A stretch of 35,057 nt of DNA from an uncultured bacterium (GTDB lineage: Bacteria; Abyssobacteria; SURF-5): the NCBI GenBank assembly GCA_964607485.1, contig CAZSKP010000044.1, positions 1-35,057 on the forward strand. The letters run 5' to 3'. Positions 1 to 8,045 of this stretch are shown here, piece after piece (within the stretch, counting starts at the first letter, position 1; the number at the start of each line of letters is the position of its first letter). The position numbers were made by a program, and so were the translations under genes. The notes below the pieces were generated by a model. That model was not told the origin of the DNA. It saw only the letters and a program-made list of their open reading frames with translations, and made no database searches.

Positions 1-173
1 TGCTTCCTGTCGTGGTGATTGCTCTTTCGCTCTATGGTTATCATCATTTTCAGTAGCCCCGTGCAAAATTTTTACGACCCTCCTTTCATGCAGAGATTGG
101 CGTTACTGATGATGTTGCTTTCGAGCTTTCGGCACTCGCCCACTAAAGCGCTACATCTAGTATATTTGAAAGG

Positions 174-202
174 AGGTTAGCACAACTCTTCCCGCTTGTC
201 AA
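174..202 (-). promoter_or_regulatory. sigma70-type promoter pointing toward the window start
   Basis: On the minus strand: TTGACA (202-197), 17-nt spacer, TG-n-TAACCT (179-174), with a T-rich UP-like tract upstream. An SD-like AAAGGAGG lies near 79-86 on the same strand. Confidence 0.6.
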
Positions 203-416
203 GAAAAAAATAACAAAAAAGACCAGCGCACACCCTCGAGCGGCCAAAAGGGGCCAGACGCTCACCGCCGTACCGGCCTGCTGAGCTTTGACAATGCGAC
301 GCCAGAGTGACAGCATTTCATCTGAAGACCGTTTCATGATGATGGATTCTTCAGAGGATTACCATCTAACGGTTACAGAACCAAACAAGTGAGAATAACC
401 GACCCTGTAACCCCAT

Positions 417-445
417 TTGACTTAACCGGTTATGTCTGCTACAAT
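417..445 (+). promoter_or_regulatory. sigma70-type promoter upstream of the tRNA-like element and glgB
   Basis: TTGACT (417-422), 17-nt spacer, extended -10 TG-c-TACAAT (440-445). The palindrome TAACCGGTTA (423-432) lies in the spacer. Confidence 0.65.
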
Positions 446-456
446 TATGTGCGTTC

Positions 457-522
457 GCCCGGAGAGGACTTAGATTCCCTGGGAGGGAAACCTCCATGCG
501 GGTTCAACTCCCGCCCGCGGCA
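457..522 (+). pseudogene. tRNA-Leu(TAG)-like remnant lacking the D-arm
   Basis: Anticodon loop CTTAGAT (469-475), long variable arm GGAGG-GAAA-CCTCC (482-495), T-arm GCGGG-TTCAACT-CCCGC (498-514), acceptor 3' strand CCGCGGC plus discriminator A (515-522). The 5' GCCCGG (457-462) pairs with it with one bulge. No D-arm and no encoded CCA. Confidence 0.6.
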
Positions 523-590
523 CTCTGGGTCGAGCCAGACTGACCCCTATGCTCATCTATACTTTCAAGTGAGAAGAGGAATAGGCTGAC

Positions 591-2582
591 ATGAGTGATG
601 AAAAAGGCCGAAAGGGAACGCGGTCTCCCGGCCTGACACAGAGTCGAGAGCCGGTGATGTACGATATGTCGTTCCTTTCGGATGACGACGTGTATCTCTT
701 CAATGAGGGCAGCCATCTTCGTTTATACGAGAAGCTGGGCGCGCACCTCGCACGCAGGCAAGGATTGGACGGGACATATTTCGCCGTGTGGGCGCCCGAT
801 GCGGAACGAGTGTTCGTCATGGGCGATTTCAACGATTGGTCCAAGTCGAGCCATTCGCTGTGTCCCAAAGGACAGTCGGGCATCTGGGAGGGATTCATAC
901 CCGGCGTGGGCGAGGGCGCCACATACAAATACCATATCGTCTCCCGTTACAACGGCTACAAGGTTGACAAGGCCGACCCCTTCGCATTCTACAACGAGGT
1001 CTCCTCAAGAACGGCTTCTATCGTTTGGGAGTTGAGCTACACGTGGGGCGACCGCGAATGGATGGAAAACCGGCGCGCCCACAACGCTGCCAACGCTCCC
1101 ATGGCCATATACGAGGTTCACCTCGGCTCCTGGATGCGGGTGCCCGAAGAGGGAAATCGGGCAATGACCTACCGGGAGCTCGCTCCCAAGCTGGCCGAGT
1201 ACGTGAAACGCATGGGTTTCACCCATGTCGAGTTGCTTCCGGTCATGGAGCACCCCTTTTACGGTTCATGGGGATATCAATCTCTCGGATACTTCGCGCC
1301 CACGAGCCGGTACCGGAGCCCGCAGGATTTTATGTATCTCATCGACTGCCTGCATCGGCACGGCATCGGCGTGATTATGGATTGGGTGCCTTCGCATTTT
1401 CCCAACGACGAGCACGGGCTGGGCTTCTTCGACGGGACGCACCTCTTCGAGCATGGCGACCCACGCCAGGGGATTCATCCCGATTGGGACAGCTTCGTGT
1501 TCAACTACGGCCGCAACGAAGTGCGCAGCTTCCTTTTCAGCAGCGCGCTCTTCTGGCTGGATGTGTATCACGCCGACGCGCTTCGGGTGGATGCCGTGGC
1601 CTCGATGCTCTATCTGAACTACTCCCGGGGGGACGGCGAATGGATACCCAACAAGTATGGAGGCAATGAGAACCTGGAGGCAATTTCGTTTCTGCGGCGC
1701 TTCAACGAGGAAGTGTACAGGAATTACCCCGACGTGCAGACGATAGCCGAGGAATCCACCGCGTGGCCGATGGTGTCGCGTCCCCTGTATGTGGGCGGGT
1801 TGGGGTTCGGAATGAAGTGGGACATGGGCTGGATGCACGACACGCTGGCCTACATGTCCAAGGAACCCATCTTCAGAAAGTATCATCACAGCCGGTTGAC
1901 CTTTCGCCTCCTGTATGCCTTTCAGGAAAACTTTATCCTGCCCCTCTCTCACGATGAGGTCGTGCACGGAAAGGGGTCGCTGCTGAGAAAAATGTCCGGA
2001 GACGAATGGCAGAAGTTCGCCAACCTGAGGCTTCTCTTCGGCAGCATGTATGCCCAGCCGGGCAAGAAGCTGCTCTTCATGGGCGGCGAGTTCGGCCAGT
2101 GGCGCGAGTGGAACCACGAGGAGAGCCTCGACTGGCACCTGCTCAACTACCCGCTTCAGGCGGGTCTCCAGCGTTGGGTGGAGGAGCTCAATCGGCTGTA
2201 CCGAAGCGAGCCGGCCCTGCACGAATTGGACTTCTCCCACGAAGGGTTCGAGTGGATCGACTGCAACGATTCTCAGCACAGTGTCCTCAGCCTGATGCGC
2301 AAGGGTCGTTCGACGGAGGAGGCGGTGATCGTCGTATGCAATTTCACCCCGATGCCCCGGTTCAACTACCGCGTGGGCGCGCCGTCGGGAGGATATTGGA
2401 GGGAGATACTCAACGGCGACGCGAAGGAATACGGAGGCAGCGGCCACGGAAACATGGGAGGAGTCGAGGCCTCGTCGATCTCCTGCCACGGCCGACCATA
2501 CTCGCTCAACCTTGTGGTTCCGCCGCTGGCGGCCGTCTTCTTCAAGAGCGAGAGGGGTCCCGTGAGTGAGGAAAGTGGATGA
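591..2582 (+). CDS. glgB: 1,4-alpha-glucan branching enzyme (GH13)
   Basis: Motifs FAVWAP, YEVHLGSW, WGYQ, DWVPSHF, LRVDAVASMLY, AEESTAW and LSHDEVVHGK. Alternative start ATG at 657. Confidence 0.97.
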   Translation: MSDEKGRKGTRSPGLTQSREPVMYDMSFLSDDDVYLFNEGSHLRLYEKLGAHLARRQGLDGTYFAVWAPDAERVFVMGDFNDWSKSSHSLCPKGQSGIWEGFIPGVGEGATYKYHIVSRYNGYKVDKADPFAFYNEVSSRTASIVWELSYTWGDREWMENRRAHNAANAPMAIYEVHLGSWMRVPEEGNRAMTYRELAPKLAEYVKRMGFTHVELLPVMEHPFYGSWGYQSLGYFAPTSRYRSPQDFMYLIDCLHRHGIGVIMDWVPSHFPNDEHGLGFFDGTHLFEHGDPRQGIHPDWDSFVFNYGRNEVRSFLFSSALFWLDVYHADALRVDAVASMLYLNYSRGDGEWIPNKYGGNENLEAISFLRRFNEEVYRNYPDVQTIAEESTAWPMVSRPLYVGGLGFGMKWDMGWMHDTLAYMSKEPIFRKYHHSRLTFRLLYAFQENFILPLSHDEVVHGKGSLLRKMSGDEWQKFANLRLLFGSMYAQPGKKLLFMGGEFGQWREWNHEESLDWHLLNYPLQAGLQRWVEELNRLYRSEPALHELDFSHEGFEWIDCNDSQHSVLSLMRKGRSTEEAVIVVCNFTPMPRFNYRVGAPSGGYWREILNGDAKEYGGSGHGNMGGVEASSISCHGRPYSLNLVVPPLAAVFFKSERGPVSEESG

Positions 2583-2760
2583 ATGGGCGCGGGTCCCTCA
2601 AGGGCATCTCCAATGTACCGTGACTTCCCACGCACTCCCTCGTTCACGCCGTTTCTGACGTGGGCCTGCGCTTGCAATTTCGTGCCGCAGCGTGTTAAAA
2701 TTTAAGGGAAGCCATTTTTTCAATCATTCCCTCCCAACATTCGGAAAGTCCGGTTGAATT

Positions 2761-4647
2761 ATGGAAAATTTGCACAAGACATTGAGTCATATCAAAGAAT
2801 CGATGGACCGTTTTGTCATCGGTCACGACGATATCAAAGAGGCGATCCTGCTCGGTCTCATCGCGCGGGAGCATGTGTATTTGGAGGGCCCGCCGGGCAC
2901 GGCCAAAACGATGCTCGCCGAGATAGCCGCAAAAGCGGCGAACCTTAATTTCTTCTTCTACCAGCTCAATCGCGACACCAGGCTTTCCGAGCTCGTGGGC
3001 GACTATATTATCCATCGCGAACGGGAAGACAAGAGCGAGCTGATACGCCAGGAAATCGTCAGGGGCCGCATACTGACTGCCGACATATGCGTGCTCGACG
3101 ACATTTCCCGCGCCCCGGGCGAGGCGCTCAACGTGCTGCTTCGGGTGCTGAACGAACGCAAGTTCGGGAAAGAGCGCATTCCGCTTCTGACAACCATCGC
3201 CACGGGCAACCCTGCGCGCGACGACTACTACAATGAGCCGCTCGACCTTGCGAACCTCGACAGGTTTACATTGCAGCTCCGCATCGTCGGCCTGATACAG
3301 AAGAACCAGTGGGATATGGCCAAGCAGGTCATCGATTTCTATGCCACGCACGACTTCGACGACGCCGAGATAGAGCCGGCCTCGTCGGACAGCCTGAGAG
3401 CGGACAGGGATATTCTGCTCAGGGTGACTCTGCCTGAGTCGGTCAAAGAGATGCTGATCGACTTCGTCTCCGGCCTGATGACGAAGTTCGACCTGAACGA
3501 CAACAACTCCCTGATCACCGACCGGACGTTCCTCGTGAAGGCGGTCAAAATGCTCAAGGCCAAAGCCGTCCTCGAGCACAGATGGGTTGTCGAGCCGCAG
3601 GACTTGATTGTCCTGAAATACATGACCACCTTCCGTGTGCCTCCTGAAGTCCACGAAAAAGTCGAGGAACTCATTCAGGAAGCCGAGCAAAAAAAAAACG
3701 ATGAAGTGAACGAGGACGGCCAGTCCGAGCAACACCCCGGAGAATCCACCCAGAGCGACGAAGGAGAAGAAGCGGTCGAGGCGGAGGCCTTCCCCTCCGA
3801 CGATGAGACCGATCAGGTCTCGCCCTATCGCAAGGAAGTCCACTACGAAAAGATCAAGCGCGACACCCGCCAAAAGGATGAGTCTTCCGCCCTCAACAAG
3901 GAAAAGATAGACGACCTCGACATCATACTGAAGGTTATCGAGGGTGAGGTGCAGCGCAGCATCGCCTCCAAGCGCGAAGTACACGGCGGCGTGCCCAAAC
4001 AGTGGCGCGCCATGCGCACGCTGGAAGACCTGTTCGACTCCGACCCGGGAGAAAGTTCCGTCTGGGTGGAGAACGCGAACCCGGCTACCCCGCGCGTGTT
4101 CCGTCGCACCCGCAAGGAACGCGGCGGGCGGCTGGCCGTCATACGCGACATCAGCCAGTCGATGACCGGCAAGTCGTCGTTGTGGGTCTCGATGGTGGTC
4201 ATCGGGCTTGTCGAGATGGCCAAGCAAAGCAAGATGGCCGTCGGCTACGTCGAGTTCAATCATCAGTCTTACAAGTACCTCGACGGAGGACGCTTCTTCA
4301 CCCGCAATTACGAGGCGCTGATGCGCAAGAGCATGGAGACTCAGTGCTCGGGCTTCACCGATTACCAGAACGCGCTCGACGACGCGTTGAAGGAATTTGC
4401 GGCGACGCGCGGCGGCCGTCAGCACGTGATCTTCCTCACCGACGGCATGCCCACCAGCGGCGATAAAGAGGTCAAGCAGGAACTCAAACTCGCCAAGAAG
4501 ACGGGAGTCGCGATACACTCGATCTTCATCGGGCGCGAACAATGTCCGCCGATCCTCAAGAAGATTTCGAAGGAGACCGGCGGCATACATTTCCAGGTGA
4601 TGCCGAACAAAGAGGGCATGGTCAAGATATTCGAGCTCCTCAACTAG
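2761..4647 (+). CDS. MoxR/RavA-like AAA+ ATPase fused to a C-terminal von Willebrand factor A domain
   Basis: Walker A GPPGTAKT, Walker B VLDD, LLRVLNER, ATGNP, arginine finger LDRF, then an acidic linker. VWA MIDAS elements DISQS, TDY and IFLTDG. Confidence 0.9.
   Translation: MENLHKTLSHIKESMDRFVIGHDDIKEAILLGLIAREHVYLEGPPGTAKTMLAEIAAKAANLNFFFYQLNRDTRLSELVGDYIIHREREDKSELIRQEIVRGRILTADICVLDDISRAPGEALNVLLRVLNERKFGKERIPLLTTIATGNPARDDYYNEPLDLANLDRFTLQLRIVGLIQKNQWDMAKQVIDFYATHDFDDAEIEPASSDSLRADRDILLRVTLPESVKEMLIDFVSGLMTKFDLNDNNSLITDRTFLVKAVKMLKAKAVLEHRWVVEPQDLIVLKYMTTFRVPPEVHEKVEELIQEAEQKKNDEVNEDGQSEQHPGESTQSDEGEEAVEAEAFPSDDETDQVSPYRKEVHYEKIKRDTRQKDESSALNKEKIDDLDIILKVIEGEVQRSIASKREVHGGVPKQWRAMRTLEDLFDSDPGESSVWVENANPATPRVFRRTRKERGGRLAVIRDISQSMTGKSSLWVSMVVIGLVEMAKQSKMAVGYVEFNHQSYKYLDGGRFFTRNYEALMRKSMETQCSGFTDYQNALDDALKEFAATRGGRQHVIFLTDGMPTSGDKEVKQELKLAKKTGVAIHSIFIGREQCPPILKKISKETGGIHFQVMPNKEGMVKIFELLN
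3689..3709 (+). other. A10 homopolymer / A_AAA_AAC slippery site with stops in both shifted frames (candidate programmed frameshift or transcriptional slippage site)
   Basis: CAA AAA AAA AAC GAT GAA GTG A. The A run spans 3689-3698; TGA occurs at 3702-3704 in the -1 frame and at 3707-3709 in the +1 frame. Confidence 0.55.
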
Positions 4648-4683
4648 GTCCAACGCGGTTGACAACCGCGACCCTTTCCTGAA

Positions 4684-5658
4684 ATGAATTCACCGGGCTA
4701 CCTGACCGAGGTCGGCGGCCTGCATGTCGGACACGCGACCGATACTGTCGGCATGACGGGCTGCAGCGTGATTATCTGCGACGCCCCGATGACCGGCGGC
4801 GTTGACGTGCGCGGGTCCGCCACCGGCACGCGCGAGATCGAGCTTCTCCGTCCGACCCACCTGATTCAACACGTCCACGCGGTCCTCCTCTCCGGCGGCA
4901 GCGCCTATGGGCTCGATGCCGCAGCGGGGGTGATGCGTTATCTGGAGGAGCGGGGGAGAGGCTTCGACGTGAAAGTCGCGCGAGTGCCCATCGTGCCCGC
5001 GGCGATCCTGATCGATTTCGGCCTGGGAAGCCCGAAGGCGCGGCCCGACGCCGAGATGGGCTATCTCGCGTGTGAGGGCGCGACCGACGGCGAGTTTTCC
5101 CGGGGCAACGTGGGAGCGGGCACCGGCGCGACCGTCGGAAAAGTGTACGGCATGCCGAATGCAATGAAGGCCGGGCTGGGAACGGCATGTGTGGGGCTTG
5201 ACGGCGGGATCAAAGTCGGCGCGATCGTTGCCGTCAACGCGTTCGGCGACGTGCGCGACCCCGTCGGCGGACGGATAATCGCGGGGGCGAGAGACCCGCA
5301 GGGGAGCGAGTTTGCCGATACCGAAAAGGTCATGAGCGGCGACCTGTCGGCGACGGTGTGGAGCTTCTACAACACCGTCATCGGGCTCGTCGCCACGAAC
5401 GCCCGCTTGAACAAGGAGGAGACAAACAAGCTTGCCCAGATGGCAAGCAACGGGATAGCCCGTACCATCACGCCCGCGCACACTTCCTTCGACGGCGACG
5501 TCGTCTTTGCCTTGAGCAACGCAGAGACAAACCTCTCAGCGCCGGTTTCCGCCCTCGGCTCAGCCGGCGCACAAGCGATGGCGCACGCAATTCTCGACGC
5601 TGTCATGAGCGCCGAGAGCGCCGGAGGTCTTCCCGCCGCCAAAGATGTGGGCTCTTGA
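4684..5658 (+). CDS. P1/S58 family peptidase (DmpA-like L-aminopeptidase/D-esterase)
   Basis: Motifs VGHATD, TGC, DVRGSATGTRE, LSGGSAYGLDAA, GNVGAGTGATVGK, NTVIG and HTSFDGDVVF. Confidence 0.92.
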   Translation: MNSPGYLTEVGGLHVGHATDTVGMTGCSVIICDAPMTGGVDVRGSATGTREIELLRPTHLIQHVHAVLLSGGSAYGLDAAAGVMRYLEERGRGFDVKVARVPIVPAAILIDFGLGSPKARPDAEMGYLACEGATDGEFSRGNVGAGTGATVGKVYGMPNAMKAGLGTACVGLDGGIKVGAIVAVNAFGDVRDPVGGRIIAGARDPQGSEFADTEKVMSGDLSATVWSFYNTVIGLVATNARLNKEETNKLAQMASNGIARTITPAHTSFDGDVVFALSNAETNLSAPVSALGSAGAQAMAHAILDAVMSAESAGGLPAAKDVGS

Positions 5659-5712
5659 CGCCCGGCCTGCTTCTGACGACCCTCCCGAAAACCTCCCGGA
5701 GCCGGCCACAGA

Positions 5713-5742
5713 TTGACACGAATGGTCGATTCCTATTATAAT
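5713..5742 (+). promoter_or_regulatory. consensus sigma70 promoter for the pilT array
   Basis: TTGACA (5713-5718), 18-nt spacer, TATAAT (5737-5742). Confidence 0.75.
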
Positions 5743-5857
5743 CAAACCAGGTCTTGACACCTCAAACTGGGCCGATGAGTACGCCATCGGACAGCTGTAA
5801 GTTTCTGTTTTCGCAATCAGTTGCGCTGAGTCCGTCTGTGCAGACGGGGTATCCATT

Positions 5858-6946
5858 GTGATTGAGCTGGACAAGATTCTTCAGAAAGCCCTCGAGATCC
5901 GGGCGTCAGACGTGCACGTTCTGGTGGGGATGCCTCCGATGATCCGTCATTTTGGCGACATCAAGGTGTTGCCCGGCTTTGATGCCATCGACAAAGACAC
6001 CGCCTGGAAGATGGTGATGGGGATCCTGCAGGTGGACCAGCGGACGGAATTCGAAGTACATAAAGAGGTCGATTTCTGTTACGAGATCCAGGGACTGAGC
6101 CGGTTCAGGACCAATGTGTACCTTGAAGAACGAGGAATTGGCGCCGCCTTCCGGATCGTGCCGTCGGAAATCAGGACCGCTGAGGAGATAGGCGTTTCAG
6201 AGGCGATCAAGGACCTCACCCGGCTTCGCAACGGGCTGGTGTTGGTGACCGGTCCGGCCGGCTGCGGCAAATCGACGACCCTGGCCGCGCTCATCAACCT
6301 CGTGAATCGCGAACGTGGCGAACACATCATAACGATCGAGGACCCGATCGAATTCGTTCACACGAACATCAAGAGCCAGGTGAACCAGAGACAGGTCGGC
6401 ATCCACACACGTTCATTTGCCGCCGCACTGAGGGCGTCGCTCCGCGAGGACCCCGACGTTATCCTCGTGGGCGAGATGCGCGACCTGGAGACTATCTCCA
6501 TGGCTATCACCGCTGCCGAGACGGGCCACCTCGTGTTCAGCACGCTTCACACCCTCAGCGCGTACAAGACGGTCGAACGCATTATCAACGTGTTTCCGCC
6601 CAACCAGCAGAAACAGATACGTACGATGCTTTCGGAATCGCTGGGCGGTGTCATCTCGCAACAGCTCATCAGGAACGCCCAGGGCACTGAGCGGGTGGCC
6701 GCGATGGAGGTCCTTATCGCGACTCCGTCCATCAAGACGATGATTCGCGAGGACAAGACCTACCAGATACCCGGCTACATGCAAGCGGGCCGGAAGTACG
6801 GGATGCGCATGCTCGATGACCACATCTTGGAGCTCCTTCAGCAGGGCAAGGTGGACCCGAAACACGCGTATCAGATGGCCACAAACAAAGATATCGTTCG
6901 GTCCTTCCTTTCTCATGCAAAGGGTCGTGCCAAAGCGAAGGCGTAG
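5858..6946 (+). CDS. pilT: PilT/PilU family type IV pilus retraction ATPase, copy 1 (type A)
   Basis: ASDVH, Walker A GPAGCGKSTT, Asp box TIEDPIE, LREDPDVILVGEMRD, His box AETGHLVFSTLHT. GTG start. Confidence 0.93.
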   Translation: MIELDKILQKALEIRASDVHVLVGMPPMIRHFGDIKVLPGFDAIDKDTAWKMVMGILQVDQRTEFEVHKEVDFCYEIQGLSRFRTNVYLEERGIGAAFRIVPSEIRTAEEIGVSEAIKDLTRLRNGLVLVTGPAGCGKSTTLAALINLVNRERGEHIITIEDPIEFVHTNIKSQVNQRQVGIHTRSFAAALRASLREDPDVILVGEMRDLETISMAITAAETGHLVFSTLHTLSAYKTVERIINVFPPNQQKQIRTMLSESLGGVISQQLIRNAQGTERVAAMEVLIATPSIKTMIREDKTYQIPGYMQAGRKYGMRMLDDHILELLQQGKVDPKHAYQMATNKDIVRSFLSHAKGRAKAKA

Positions 6947-6960
6947 GACGGTGATGCGGC

Positions 6961-8016
6961 TTGGCCGAGATCGACAAACTCCTCAGGTTCCTCGTTGAAC
7001 AGGAGGGCTCGGACCTTCACATGATGTGCGGCGCAAGGCCGCTTATACGGGTGCACGGCGACCTGCGGAGGATAGATTTCGGCGGGGGCGGCGTCGTGCT
7101 CACGCCCGAGATCAACCGCGGCCTGATATATGAAATGCTCAATGAGGACCAGATACGCCATTTCGAGGCGACCGGCGACCTCGACCTGGCATATGAAATC
7201 GACGGCTTGGCCCGCTTTCGAGTGAACGTGCACAACCAGATAAGCGGCCCCTCGACGGTCATGCGCACGATACCCACAGACATCGCCACCGTCGATGAAC
7301 TCGGCCTGCCCGAACAGTTGAAAGAAATCGCCCGCTTCAGCAGTGGACTGATCCTGGTCACCGGCCCGACGGGAAGCGGGAAAACCACCAGCCTGGCCGC
7401 GATGATGGACCAGATAAACGACGAGCGCGAAGGCCACATAGTTACCATCGAGGACCCGATAGAGTTCGTGCACCAGAACAAAAACTGTCTGATCACCCAG
7501 CGAGAGGTGGGCGTTCACACCAACTCGTTCGCGGCCGCCTTGCGCGTCGCGCTCCGCCAGGACCCCGACATAATCCTCGTGGGCGAAATGCGCGACCTGG
7601 AAACCATATCGCTGGCACTCACCGCGGCCGAGACCGGTTCGCTGGTGTTTGCCACGCTTCACACCAACAGCGCGGCGAAGACGATCAACCGTATTATCGA
7701 CGTCTTTCCAAACGACGCGCAGAACCAGATTCGCACGCTTCTGTCGGAGTCGCTTTCGGCCGTCATCGCCCAGACTCTCTTAAAGCGCTCCGACAAGAGG
7801 GGCCGTGTCGCGGCGATGGAAATAATGATATGCAATTCGGCCATCCGCAACGCCATCCGTGAAAATAAGATCGAACAGATCATCTCGATAATGCAGACGA
7901 GCGCTCGCGAGGGGATGCAGATGCTCGACGATCACCTGCTTCGGCTGCTCGAGCAGGGCGTCGTCTCCAAACCGGACGCGCGTGAAAAATCGTTCGAGAA
8001 ACACAGATTCAATTAG
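6961..8016 (+). CDS. pilT: PilT family ATPase, copy 2 (type B)
   Basis: GSDLH, GPTGSGKTT, TIEDPIE, RQDPDIILVGEMRD, AETGSLVFATLHT, AIRNAIRE. TTG start. Confidence 0.93.
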   Translation: MAEIDKLLRFLVEQEGSDLHMMCGARPLIRVHGDLRRIDFGGGGVVLTPEINRGLIYEMLNEDQIRHFEATGDLDLAYEIDGLARFRVNVHNQISGPSTVMRTIPTDIATVDELGLPEQLKEIARFSSGLILVTGPTGSGKTTSLAAMMDQINDEREGHIVTIEDPIEFVHQNKNCLITQREVGVHTNSFAAALRVALRQDPDIILVGEMRDLETISLALTAAETGSLVFATLHTNSAAKTINRIIDVFPNDAQNQIRTLLSESLSAVIAQTLLKRSDKRGRVAAMEIMICNSAIRNAIRENKIEQIISIMQTSAREGMQMLDDHLLRLLEQGVVSKPDAREKSFEKHRFN

Positions 8017-8045
8017 AGAGACAACTTGCAGGAGAACGAAAGCTC

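Noticed and set aside
1-90. 5' end of a minus-strand CDS running off the window
   Set aside because: A promoter and SD-like sequence suggest one, but two frames are open and the fragment is too short to assign.
457-522. Functional tRNA-Leu or tmRNA
   Set aside because: There is no D-arm, the acceptor stem is bulged and the anticodon stem has a mismatch. It lacks the Ala-type G-U acceptor identity and tag ORF of tmRNA.
389-589. 66-aa ORF upstream of glgB
   Set aside because: It overlaps the promoter and the tRNA-like element, and has no RBS or recognisable motif.
2761-4647. Mg/Co-chelatase subunit D (bchD/chlD)
   Set aside because: The AAA motifs are MoxR/RavA-like rather than BchI-like, and no tetrapyrrole genes are nearby.
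2695-4665. 656-aa antisense ORF covering the AAA-VWA gene
   Set aside because: It is a shadow frame with no recognisable motifs, expected from GC-rich codon bias on the opposite strand.
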